Below are positions 28,750-37,933 of a stretch of 64,000 bases of DNA, in pieces. Within the stretch, counting starts at the first letter, position 1. Every line of letters starts with the position of its first letter. The position numbers and the translations under genes were made by a program. The notes under the pieces were generated by a model. That model saw nothing but the letters and a program-made list of their open reading frames with translations, was not told the DNA's origin and did not search any database. The stretch is from Acetatifactor sp. (GTDB lineage: Bacteria; Bacillota; Clostridia; Lachnospirales; Lachnospiraceae): contig JAZPYS010000084.1 in assembly GCA_045544275.1 (NCBI GenBank), positions 1,471 to 65,470 of the forward strand, given 5' to 3'.

Positions 28750-29961
28750 ATGAATTGGGGGAATATTATGTTCAAGAGATTGCAGAGAGTGATTGGTCTC
28801 CTTCTCATGACCATATTGCTGTGTACAGAATGGGGCAGCATGTATGCATTTGCAGAAGAAACGGTGCAGGTATCGGCACCGGCAGCTATTTTGCTGGAAG
28901 CATCCACCGGTCAGGTGATTTATGAAAAGAATGCTGATGAGAGGAGAAGTCCGGCCAGTATTACTAAGATAATGACCATGCTTCTTACAATGGAAGCGTT
29001 GGCAGAGGGGGAGATTTCTTTGGAAGACGAGATTGTGACCAGTGAGTATGCAAGTTCTATGGGCGGCAGTCAGGTATATTTGGCAGCTGGGGAAATACAG
29101 ACATTGGATACGTTGTTGAAGTGTATTGCAGTAGCATCCGGTAATGATGCATCGGTGGCAGTTGCAGAGCATATTTCCGGAACAGAAGAAGCGTTTGTTG
29201 CACTGATGAATAAGAGAGCTGAACAGCTCGGTATGCAGAATACCCATTTTATGGATTGTTGTGGTTTGAGTGATTCGGATGAGCATTATACATCTGCCCG
29301 GGATGTGGCAGTTATGAGCCGGGAATTGATTAATCATTTTCCGGAAATACATAAATATACTATGATCTGGATGGAGGATATTACCCATGTTACAAGGCAG
29401 GGCAGTTCAATTTTTACCTTGTCCAGTACCAATAAACTCCTGAAGTGGTATCCCTATACAACGGGCCTTAAAACGGGTTCTACTTCCAAAGCAAAGTACT
29501 GTATTTCAGCCACCGCATCAAAGGATGATTTAAATATGATCGCAGTAGTCATGGGGGCAGAGGATCCCAAAAAGCGATTTCAGGACGCCCAGACATTGCT
29601 GGCTTATGGGTTTGGTGTCAGTGATATTTATATAGATGAGAATAAGGATGTGCTGCCTCCGTATGATGTAGAAGGCGGTATTTCAGATACAGTACAATTG
29701 GTATATGAGAAGGAGTTCCGATATCTGGATGTGACCGGGAAAAGACTGGAGAATGTGGAGAAGTCAATTCATATAGAGGAACCCCTGCAGGCACCGCTTT
29801 CAGAAGGTCAGATTGTGGGAATGGCTGTCTATACCCTGGATGGCCGGGAGATTGGCTCTGTGGATATTCTATGTGCAGAAGACGTAGAGGAAGCGAAGTA
29901 TCCGGATTATCTTTTCAAAGCTTTTCAGCATTTTCTTTTAGGAGAAAGTGTGATACAATAA
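28750..29961 (+). CDS. dacF: D-alanyl-D-alanine carboxypeptidase (peptidase S11, DacF-like)
   Basis: SITK, SGN, KTG motifs, signal peptide, HEKASSMGGSQ-like EYASSMGGSQ segment. Confidence 0.85.
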   Translation: MNWGNIMFKRLQRVIGLLLMTILLCTEWGSMYAFAEETVQVSAPAAILLEASTGQVIYEKNADERRSPASITKIMTMLLTMEALAEGEISLEDEIVTSEYASSMGGSQVYLAAGEIQTLDTLLKCIAVASGNDASVAVAEHISGTEEAFVALMNKRAEQLGMQNTHFMDCCGLSDSDEHYTSARDVAVMSRELINHFPEIHKYTMIWMEDITHVTRQGSSIFTLSSTNKLLKWYPYTTGLKTGSTSKAKYCISATASKDDLNMIAVVMGAEDPKKRFQDAQTLLAYGFGVSDIYIDENKDVLPPYDVEGGISDTVQLVYEKEFRYLDVTGKRLENVEKSIHIEEPLQAPLSEGQIVGMAVYTLDGREIGSVDILCAEDVEEAKYPDYLFKAFQHFLLGESVIQ

Positions 29962-29995
29962 GCAATAGTGGTTTAGGACCCTTCGGAGGAATAAA

Positions 29996-30856
29996 ATGGT
30001 CTGGAATGTGATATTGACCTGTATAGTTGCCATTGCTTTGATTCTGTTATGGTTCTGTATTTATGACAGCAATCGATTTGTGGTGGTACACTATCAGATA
30101 AAGAACAATAAAATTAAAAAAAGATTCAGGGCAGTGGTTTTGGCTGATCTGCATAATAGACAGTACGGTAAGGATAACAGGCTGTTGCTGGCTGAAATTG
30201 AGCAATGTAGGCCGGATGGTATTTGGATCGCCGGGGATATTCCTACGGCGGTACCGGGAAAGAAACTGGATACAGCAATACGCTTTATAGAAGAACTTGC
30301 GGCGAGATATCCGATTTTTTATGGAAACGGGAATCATGAGCAGAGAATGAAGTTATATCCGGAAAAGTATGGGGATATGGCATTGAAGTATGCGGAAGGG
30401 CTTGAACAAGCAGGTGTGACTCCGTTGGTGAATGCCAGAAGAAGAATTGCGGAATCCAATATTACCGTCTGTGGTGTGGAAATCGGAAGAGAATATTATA
30501 AAAGATTTAAGACGCCGGATATGGATGCGGAATATCTGAATGAATTGCTGGGAAAAGCAGGACAGGAGGACTTTATTGTTCTTCTAGCTCATAATCCGGA
30601 TTATTTTAAGACTTATGCAGAGTGGGGAGCTGATCTGGTGCTTTCTGGGCATGTGCATGGGGGGATGGTTAGAATTCCGGGATGGAAAGGTATCGTATCT
30701 CCACGTGTAAGGTTGTTTCCCAAGTATGACGGCGGTATATTTACAACAGGAAACAGTACCATGATCTTGAGCAGAGGGCTGGGGATGCACACCATACCCA
30801 TCAGGCTGTTCAATCCGGCAGAGATTGTGGTAGTGGATCTGGAAGGAGAAATGTGA
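29996..30856 (+). CDS. Metallophosphoesterase (YkuE-like)
   Basis: DLH, GD, GNHE, HNP, GHVHGG motifs; N-terminal TM anchor. Confidence 0.9.
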   Translation: MVWNVILTCIVAIALILLWFCIYDSNRFVVVHYQIKNNKIKKRFRAVVLADLHNRQYGKDNRLLLAEIEQCRPDGIWIAGDIPTAVPGKKLDTAIRFIEELAARYPIFYGNGNHEQRMKLYPEKYGDMALKYAEGLEQAGVTPLVNARRRIAESNITVCGVEIGREYYKRFKTPDMDAEYLNELLGKAGQEDFIVLLAHNPDYFKTYAEWGADLVLSGHVHGGMVRIPGWKGIVSPRVRLFPKYDGGIFTTGNSTMILSRGLGMHTIPIRLFNPAEIVVVDLEGEM

Positions 30857-31617
30857 TGGCAATACAGGTTAAGCTGGAAGCATTTGAGGGGCCTTTGGAC
30901 CTGCTTCTGCATTTGATCGATAAAAATAAAATAGATATATATGATATACCAATTGTGGAAATCACGGAACAATATCTGGATTATATCAGACAGATGGAAA
31001 CGGAAGATATGAACGTCATGAGTGAATTTTTGCTGATGGCGGCAACGCTTCTGGATATTAAGTGTCAGATGCTTCTTCCGAAGGAAATAGATGAGAATGG
31101 TGAGGAGGAGGACCCTAGGGCAGAATTGGTGCAGAAATTGTTGGAGTACAAGATGTATAAATATATGTCTTTTGAGCTTAGGGATAAGCATTCTAATGCC
31201 CAGAAATTCTTTTACAGGGATCAAAATCTTCCGGAAGAGGTGGTCGGATACAGACCGCCCCTGAATTATGAAGAATTGTTGGGAGACATGACCTTGAACA
31301 AGCTTCATGATGTTTTTAAATCTGTGGTAAGAAAGCAGGAAGACAAGATAGACCCTATTCGAAGCACTTATGGAAATATCGAAAAGGATGAAGTCGATAT
31401 GGACGAAAGGATGCTTTATGTGGAAAATTATTTAAAATGTCACAAGCATTTTAGTTTTAGGGAATTGTTGGAAAGACAGACGGGCAAGCTGAATGTGATT
31501 GTTACATTTTTAGTGATGTTGGAATTGATGAAGGTAGGCAAGATCACAATATATCAGGAAGAGATTTTTGATGATATTATCATCGAATCTCAAGTATTTG
31601 AGGGAGAATACAAGTGA
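30856..31617 (+). CDS. scpA: Segregation and condensation protein A
   Basis: FEGPLDLLLHLI, DIPI..IT.QYL, DPR.ELV..LLEY. Confidence 0.95.
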   Translation: MAIQVKLEAFEGPLDLLLHLIDKNKIDIYDIPIVEITEQYLDYIRQMETEDMNVMSEFLLMAATLLDIKCQMLLPKEIDENGEEEDPRAELVQKLLEYKMYKYMSFELRDKHSNAQKFFYRDQNLPEEVVGYRPPLNYEELLGDMTLNKLHDVFKSVVRKQEDKIDPIRSTYGNIEKDEVDMDERMLYVENYLKCHKHFSFRELLERQTGKLNVIVTFLVMLELMKVGKITIYQEEIFDDIIIESQVFEGEYK

Positions 31618-32189
31618 TGGAATGGACGAAAGCAAAGGCAGTCATTGAATCTGTACTGTTTGCCATGGGTGAGACTGTGGAAATCAGTAAATTAGCAGAA
31701 CTGATTGAGGAAGACGTAAGGACTACAAAGAAAATATTGGCAGAGATGGCAGAAGAGTATGTGGCAGAGGACAGAGGAATCGAGCTGGCACAGTTTGAAA
31801 CTTCCGTGCAGCTTTGCACCAAGGCGGAATATTATGAATATTTGATCAAGCTTGCCAAATCTCCGAGAAAGATGGTGTTGTCTGATGCAGTGCTGGAGAC
31901 CTTGTCCATCGTTGCATATAAGCAGCCGGTTACCCGTCTGGAGATTGAAAAGGTCAGAGGAGTGAGCTGTGATTTTGCCATAAATAAATTGCTGGAATAT
32001 GATCTGATCACGGAGCTGGGACGTCTGGATGCACCGGGCCGACCGATTCTGTTCGGGACCACAGAACAGTTCCTGCGCAGCTTTGGAGTGAAGAGTCTGG
32101 AAGAGCTTCCGGAAATGAGTACTGTGCAGTTGGAAGAATTTAAGGCACAGGCGGAGGCGGAAGTGCAGCAGCTGAAGCTGGATATATAG
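31614..32189 (+). CDS. scpB: Segregation and condensation protein B
   Basis: LETLSIVAYKQPVTR, GRPILFGTT..FL..FG. Confidence 0.95.
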   Translation: MMEWTKAKAVIESVLFAMGETVEISKLAELIEEDVRTTKKILAEMAEEYVAEDRGIELAQFETSVQLCTKAEYYEYLIKLAKSPRKMVLSDAVLETLSIVAYKQPVTRLEIEKVRGVSCDFAINKLLEYDLITELGRLDAPGRPILFGTTEQFLRSFGVKSLEELPEMSTVQLEEFKAQAEAEVQQLKLDI

Positions 32190-32276
32190 TATGCAGGCTG
32201 CGGCAGTGCCTCGTGCTGTAGATGCAGGGCTGTAGCTGAGAATTCACTGATGTGGGGAGCTGGAGTCGCTGGTAGT

Positions 32277-32470
32277 GGTTTTAGGCATCAGAACCTTTCG
32301 GATAAGTGTGATGCCTAAAGCCGATGAAAAAATTTGGGAAACATGCGATTTGGGTTTACATAAATTTGTTATTTTCTATAGAGAGACACAGGCCTTAAAG
32401 AAGCATTTTTATGCAAGTTGTCCCGGTGTTTTAGGCATGGGAAGATGAGAAGGCATTACCATGCCTAAAG
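32277..32470. repeat. Two GTG(G)TTTTAGGCAT-N22-ATGCCTAAAG palindromic elements
   Basis: Perfect 11-bp stems at 32280-32319 and 32430-32469, 150 bp apart. Confidence 0.8.
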
Positions 32471-32536
32471 TAGTATAAACATCAGGAATGAAATTTTCCG
32501 GTGTGAATATATATGTAAAAAAGTCCGGAATAAATC

Positions 32537-33895
32537 ATGAAGAAAATAAAAAGTAAATTAGTATGGGCATTTTTACTGATGATATGGGCATTTCTGGTGG
32601 TGATCGGGCATGCAGATGCGGAAGAAATGGACGAAACGCAGTTGTACGCGCAGGCGGCAGTTCTGATGGATGCAGATTCAGGAAGGGTGCTGTACGGCAA
32701 AAATGAAGATGAGGTGCTTGCCATGGCCAGCACCACCAAGATCATGACCTGTATCATTGCATTAGAAAATGCACAACCGGAGGAAATGGTGGATATCTCT
32801 TCCTATGCAGCCGGTATGCCGGCGGTGAAGCTTGGTGTACGAAAAGGAGAGCAGTATCAGCTGCAGGACCTGCTGTATTCACTGATGTTAGAGTCCCACA
32901 ATGATGTGGCAGTTGCCATTGCGGAGCATGTGGGAAAACAGCTTATTTTGGATGAACCGAAAAAGTGGAGTGTATCCGAAGAAATGTTGAGCAAATGTGC
33001 AGCAGATTATACTGCCGAAGAAAGTAAACAGGCTGTTGCCGCCTTTGCGGAGCTGATGAATCAAAAGGCAAAAGAGTTGGGCTGCGAAAATACCTGGTTC
33101 ATCACCCCCAATGGTCTGGATGCGGAGGAAGCGGTGCAGACAGAGGGCGGAGAGACTCAGGAGAAGTTTCATTCCACAACAGCGAAGGAGTTGGCCTTGA
33201 TCATGTCTTACTGTGTGCTGGATTCCCCGAAATCGGATGTATTTTTAGAAATTACACAGACACCTACCCATACATTTTCCAGTGAAAACGGCAGGTCCTT
33301 TGCCTGCTATAATCACAATGCGTTTTTAAATATGATGCCGGATACCATCAGTGGTAAGACCGGTTTTACCAACCGTGCCGGATATTGTTATGTGGGAGCA
33401 CTGGAAAACGACGGCAGGACATTTATTGTAGCACTGCTTGCCTGTGGCTGGCCTAACAATAAGAACTATAAATGGTCAGATACTCGGAAACTGATGGAAT
33501 ATGGTATGGATAATTATTATTACAGAAGTTTTTTGGATGAAGGAACAGTATTTGACAGGAAATGGCTGGAACCCGTAAAGGTGATAAATGGACAGACGGA
33601 CGTGCTTGGAGAGCAGGCATATATACAATTGAAAGTAGCGGAACCGGATGCCGATGATTGCGAAGAAATGTCCGGGCTTCTCATGAAAGCGGGCGAAGAA
33701 ATTGTGGTGGAATATTCTCAGAAGGATATTCTGACTGCACCTGTGGAAGCTGACACACCGGTGGGAGAGGTACGATACATAGTGGATGATATCATATATC
33801 GTACAGAGGAAATTGTAACAGCAGGGTGTGTAGAGGCAATCGACTGGCAGTGGTGTCTGGAACAGATTTTTGGTCGATATTTCAGATATGACTAA
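32537..33895 (+). CDS. D-alanyl-D-alanine carboxypeptidase (peptidase S11, DacB-like)
   Basis: STTK, SHN, KTG motifs, TPNGLD, signal peptide. Confidence 0.88.
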   Translation: MKKIKSKLVWAFLLMIWAFLVVIGHADAEEMDETQLYAQAAVLMDADSGRVLYGKNEDEVLAMASTTKIMTCIIALENAQPEEMVDISSYAAGMPAVKLGVRKGEQYQLQDLLYSLMLESHNDVAVAIAEHVGKQLILDEPKKWSVSEEMLSKCAADYTAEESKQAVAAFAELMNQKAKELGCENTWFITPNGLDAEEAVQTEGGETQEKFHSTTAKELALIMSYCVLDSPKSDVFLEITQTPTHTFSSENGRSFACYNHNAFLNMMPDTISGKTGFTNRAGYCYVGALENDGRTFIVALLACGWPNNKNYKWSDTRKLMEYGMDNYYYRSFLDEGTVFDRKWLEPVKVINGQTDVLGEQAYIQLKVAEPDADDCEEMSGLLMKAGEEIVVEYSQKDILTAPVEADTPVGEVRYIVDDIIYRTEEIVTAGCVEAIDWQWCLEQIFGRYFRYD

Positions 33896-34062
33896 GATGA
33901 AACAAAAATATTGTAGAAATATTTCAAAAAATAAATTTTCAGCTTTGCTTGTTGACAATTTTGTGCTATACTATTGAGGACAATGAAAATGGGGGTCTAT
34001 GGGATGATAGGCCTCTTATGAACCTTTGTTAGTACATATTTATTATAAATGGAGGGCTGAAA

Positions 34063-35493
34063 ATGAGTACTACTTCAAAAGCGAGTCAAAGAATCGAAGC
34101 TTTACTCGATGCAAACAGTTTCGTTGAAATCGGCGCACTTGTGACTGCAAGAGCAACTGATTTTGATTTGAAACAAACCGAAACTCCTTCAGACGGTGTT
34201 ATCACCGGTTACGGAGTGATCGACAACAACCTTGTGTATGTATACAGCCAGGACGCTTCCGTATTAAACGGTTCCGTAGGTGAAATGCATGCTAAGAAAA
34301 TTGCTAAGCTGTATGACCTTGCAATGAAAACAGGAGCTCCGGTAATCGGACTGATTGATTCGGCAGGTCTTAGATTACAGGAAGCAACAGATGCATTAAA
34401 TGCATTTGGAGAAATTTATATGAAGCAGACATTAGCTTCCGGCGTGATTCCTCAGATTACTGCAATCTTTGGTACTTGCGGCGGTGGACTTGGTCTGTTC
34501 CCTACCCTTACTGACTTCACTTTCATGGAAGAAAAGAATGCAAAACTGTTCGTAAATGCTCCTAATGCATTAGACGGCAACACTGTAGCAAAGTGTGATT
34601 CTGCATCTGCTAAATTCCAGTCAGAAGAAAGCGGTATCGTAGATGTTGTTGCTGACGAAGCAGGTATCCTTGCTCAGATCAGAGAATTGGTAGGTTTTCT
34701 TCCTGCTAACTGTGAAGATGAAGGCAGTTTTGATGAATGCACAGATGATCTGAACAGAGTAAATCCTGAAATTGCTAATTGTGTAGGTGATACATCTATT
34801 GCTTTGTCCATCCTTGCAGATGACAACAGATTTTTCGAAGTAAAAGCAAACTATGCAAAGAGCATGGTAACCGGATTTATCAGATTAAACGGTACAACCG
34901 TTGGCTGTGTAGCTAATCGTACAGAAGTTGTTGATGAAGAAGGTAAAGTTGCTGAAAAGTTTGACGCAGTTCTCACGAAGAAGGGCTGTGACAAGGCAGC
35001 AGATTTTGTTAACTTCTGTGACGCATTCGGTATTCCTGTACTGACTCTGACAAACGTTAAGGGTTATGAAGCTACCATGTGCTCAGAAAAAGGCATCGCA
35101 AAGGCAGCAGCTAAGCTTACATATGCGTTCGCTAACGCTACCGTTCCTAAGGTAAATGTAGTGATCGGTAAGGCTTACGGTACTGCTTATACAGTAATGA
35201 ACTCTAAGGCAATCGGTGCTGACATTACCATGGCATGGCCTACCGCTGAGATCGGAACCATGGATGCGAAATTAGCAGCTAAGATTATGTATGATGGCAA
35301 GGGCGCTGAAATGATTAATGAAAAGGCAGCAGAATATGCAGCTCTTCAGACAAGCGTAGTAAGCGCAGCTAAGAGAGGTTATGTAGATCAGGTTGTGGAT
35401 GCAGCTGATACCAGAAAATATGTTATCGGTGCATTTGAAATGTTGTTCACTAAAAGTGAAGACAGACCTGTTAAAAAACACGGAACCGTATAA
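34063..35493 (+). CDS. Acyl-CoA carboxyltransferase (methylmalonyl-CoA decarboxylase alpha-like)
   Basis: DGVITGYG, VYSQD.SVLNGSVG, FCDAFGIP, C-terminal KKHG; first gene of a Na+-decarboxylase operon. Confidence 0.85.
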   Translation: MSTTSKASQRIEALLDANSFVEIGALVTARATDFDLKQTETPSDGVITGYGVIDNNLVYVYSQDASVLNGSVGEMHAKKIAKLYDLAMKTGAPVIGLIDSAGLRLQEATDALNAFGEIYMKQTLASGVIPQITAIFGTCGGGLGLFPTLTDFTFMEEKNAKLFVNAPNALDGNTVAKCDSASAKFQSEESGIVDVVADEAGILAQIRELVGFLPANCEDEGSFDECTDDLNRVNPEIANCVGDTSIALSILADDNRFFEVKANYAKSMVTGFIRLNGTTVGCVANRTEVVDEEGKVAEKFDAVLTKKGCDKAADFVNFCDAFGIPVLTLTNVKGYEATMCSEKGIAKAAAKLTYAFANATVPKVNVVIGKAYGTAYTVMNSKAIGADITMAWPTAEIGTMDAKLAAKIMYDGKGAEMINEKAAEYAALQTSVVSAAKRGYVDQVVDAADTRKYVIGAFEMLFTKSEDRPVKKHGTV

Positions 35494-35513
35494 AAGAAAG
35501 GGTGATTATTAAA

Positions 35514-36302
35514 ATGAAGAAATTTTTAGCTTTAATTTGTATGATTACCTGTATCTTTGGATTGACAGCATGCGGAAGCGAAGAAGCATTGAACGAGTAT
35601 GAACAGCAGAAGGTTGAATATGCCAAGCAGATGGCTGCCCAAGCTGTAGTTCCTTTCCTTGCAGAAGCAAATATGGATGATTTCAGCGTATATACAGCAG
35701 AAGAAGTGGCATATGTTGTAGGTCAGTCTTACAGCTTAAATGTTGATGGCAATGCCGTTATCAGTGCAATTACTTCTTTTGATACTGCTATTGAAAACAT
35801 CGGTGCAATCACCGGCATCGGTGAAGCCAGTGCTGTGATCGACGATAAAACCATTATCGTAACTATACCTGTAACAGGTGAAACTAAGAATGCAAATGCA
35901 GAAGTGATCTTCTCCAATGATATGTTCATGGTATTGAAGTCAGCTGCATTAAACGAAGAATCAAGCTTTGGCGATTCTATGAAGAAAGCTGGTCTGAACA
36001 CTTTGATCGGTATGGGTGTTGTATTCGCTGTATTGATTTTGATCAGCTTTATTATTTCCCTGTTTGGTTATATTCCTAAGATTCAGGCGGCATTTAGTAA
36101 GAAGAAAGCCAGCACACCTGCACCAAAGGCAGCACCTGCACCAGCTGCAGCGCCTGCTCCTATGGTGGAAGAAGTGGTTGACTATTCAGATGATTTAGAA
36201 CTGGTTGCTGTTATTGCAGCTGCGATTGCTGCATACGAAGGCGAAACCTCTACTGACGGTTTTGTTGTAAGAAGCATCCGTAAAGTAAATAAAAGAAGAT
36301 AA
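35514..36302 (+). CDS. OadG/delta-family subunit with an N-terminal lipoprotein domain
   Basis: Lipobox LTAC, TM GMGVVFAVLILI, Ala/Pro linker, ELVAVIAAAIAAY. Confidence 0.8.
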   Translation: MKKFLALICMITCIFGLTACGSEEALNEYEQQKVEYAKQMAAQAVVPFLAEANMDDFSVYTAEEVAYVVGQSYSLNVDGNAVISAITSFDTAIENIGAITGIGEASAVIDDKTIIVTIPVTGETKNANAEVIFSNDMFMVLKSAALNEESSFGDSMKKAGLNTLIGMGVVFAVLILISFIISLFGYIPKIQAAFSKKKASTPAPKAAPAPAAAPAPMVEEVVDYSDDLELVAVIAAAIAAYEGETSTDGFVVRSIRKVNKRR

Positions 36303-36319
36303 GTATGGAGGATATAAAA

Positions 36320-36712
36320 ATGAAAAATTATACCATTACCGTTAACGGCAACGTATATGATGTAGTAGTAGAAGAAGGCGCATCTACCGGTGCTCCTGTA
36401 GCAAGACCTGCAGCTCCTGCACCTAAGGCAGCACCTGCAGCAGCACCCAAGGCAGCTCCTGCACCAGCAGCAGCACCTAAAGCAGCTGGTGCAGCTGGTT
36501 CTGTAAAGGTAGAAGCAGGTGCAGCTGGTAAGATTTTTAAGATCGAAGCAAATGTTGGACAGGCTGTTAAGGCTGGCGATCCTGTAGTGATCCTTGAAGC
36601 TATGAAGATGGAAATCCCTGTAGTAGCTCCTCAGGATGGTACTGTAGCAAGCATCGACGTAGCTGTTGGTGATTCTGTTGAAGCAGGTGCTGTACTTGCA
36701 ACTTTGAACTAA
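36320..36712 (+). CDS. Biotin carboxyl carrier protein
   Basis: EAMKM biotinylation motif, Ala/Pro linker, YTITVNGNVYDV N-terminus. Confidence 0.95.
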   Translation: MKNYTITVNGNVYDVVVEEGASTGAPVARPAAPAPKAAPAAAPKAAPAPAAAPKAAGAAGSVKVEAGAAGKIFKIEANVGQAVKAGDPVVILEAMKMEIPVVAPQDGTVASIDVAVGDSVEAGAVLATLN

Positions 36713-36755
36713 TACGAATTTTTCGTGTCAATCGATAACAACAGGAGGTCAACAA

Positions 36756-37907
36756 ATGGATTACATAACTAATACGCTTAGTAACCTTCTCCATCAGACA
36801 GCGTTTTTAAACCTGACCTGGGGAAACTTCATTATGATTGCGGTTGCGTGCGTTTTCCTTTATTTAGCTATTGCTAAAGGGTTTGAGCCTCTGCTTTTAA
36901 CCCCGATAGCATTCGGTATGCTGCTGGTTAACATCTATCCGGACATCATGCTCCATGCAGAAGATGCATCCAATGGTGTGGGCGGTTTACTGTATTATTT
37001 CTATCTCTTGGATGAATGGGCAATCTTACCTTCCCTGATCTTCATGGGTGTAGGTGCACAGACTGACTTCGGTCCTTTGATTGCAAATCCTAAGAGTTTC
37101 CTGCTGGGTGCAGCAGCGCAGTTTGGTATTTATGCAGCTTACTTTGGAGCAATCTTCCTTGGCTTCAACGATCAGGCAGCAGCAGCGATTTCCATCATCG
37201 GTGGTGCAGACGGTCCGACCTCTATCTTCCTTGCAAGTAAATTAGGTCAGACTGCATTACTGGGACCGATTGCAGTGGCAGCATATTCTTATATGTCACT
37301 GGTTCCGATCATCCAGCCGCCTATTATGAAGCTTTTAACAACGGAAGAAGAAAGAAAAATCAAAATGGGCATGCTTCGTCCTGTATCCAAATTGGAGAAG
37401 ATTCTCTTCCCTATCGTTGTTACCATCGTGGTATGTATGATCCTTCCAAGTACTGCTCCGCTGGTTGGTATGCTCATGCTTGGTAACCTGTTCAAAGAAT
37501 CTGGTGTGGTAAGACAGTTAACCGATACTGCTTCTAACGCAATGATGTACATCGTAGTTATCTTACTTGGTACTTCAGTAGGTGCTACTACAAGTGCAGA
37601 AGCATTCCTGAACATGACTACTATTAAGATTGTAGTTCTTGGTCTGATCGCATTTGCATTCGGTACTGCAGCAGGTGTTGTATTCGGTAAGATCATGTGC
37701 AAGTTCTCCGGCGGCAAGATCAACCCGCTGATCGGTTCGGCAGGTGTATCTGCGGTTCCTATGGCAGCACGTGTATCCCAGAAGGTTGGTGCAGAATATG
37801 ATCCTACCAACTTCCTTCTCATGCATGCAATGGGCCCTAACGTAGCAGGTGTTATCGGTACTGCAGTAGCTGCAGGTACCTTTATGGCTATATTTGGAGT
37901 ATTTTAA
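36756..37907 (+). CDS. oadB: Na+-transporting decarboxylase beta subunit
   Basis: FEPLLL.PI.FG, IIGGADGPT, AYSYMSLVP, AMGPNVAGVIG. Confidence 0.95.
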   Translation: MDYITNTLSNLLHQTAFLNLTWGNFIMIAVACVFLYLAIAKGFEPLLLTPIAFGMLLVNIYPDIMLHAEDASNGVGGLLYYFYLLDEWAILPSLIFMGVGAQTDFGPLIANPKSFLLGAAAQFGIYAAYFGAIFLGFNDQAAAAISIIGGADGPTSIFLASKLGQTALLGPIAVAAYSYMSLVPIIQPPIMKLLTTEEERKIKMGMLRPVSKLEKILFPIVVTIVVCMILPSTAPLVGMLMLGNLFKESGVVRQLTDTASNAMMYIVVILLGTSVGATTSAEAFLNMTTIKIVVLGLIAFAFGTAAGVVFGKIMCKFSGGKINPLIGSAGVSAVPMAARVSQKVGAEYDPTNFLLMHAMGPNVAGVIGTAVAAGTFMAIFGVF

Positions 37908-37933
37908 ATAATAATTTTGGAGGAAATTCGTAA

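Noticed and set aside
33952-33972. TTGACA...TATACT promoter pair for the decarboxylase operon
   Set aside because: The spacing is only 9 bp. TTGCTT-N16-TATACT is the more plausible pair but too uncertain to list.
36100-36500. GCA/CCT-rich repeats in oadG and the biotin carrier
   Set aside because: Ordinary Ala/Pro flexible linkers of decarboxylase subunits.
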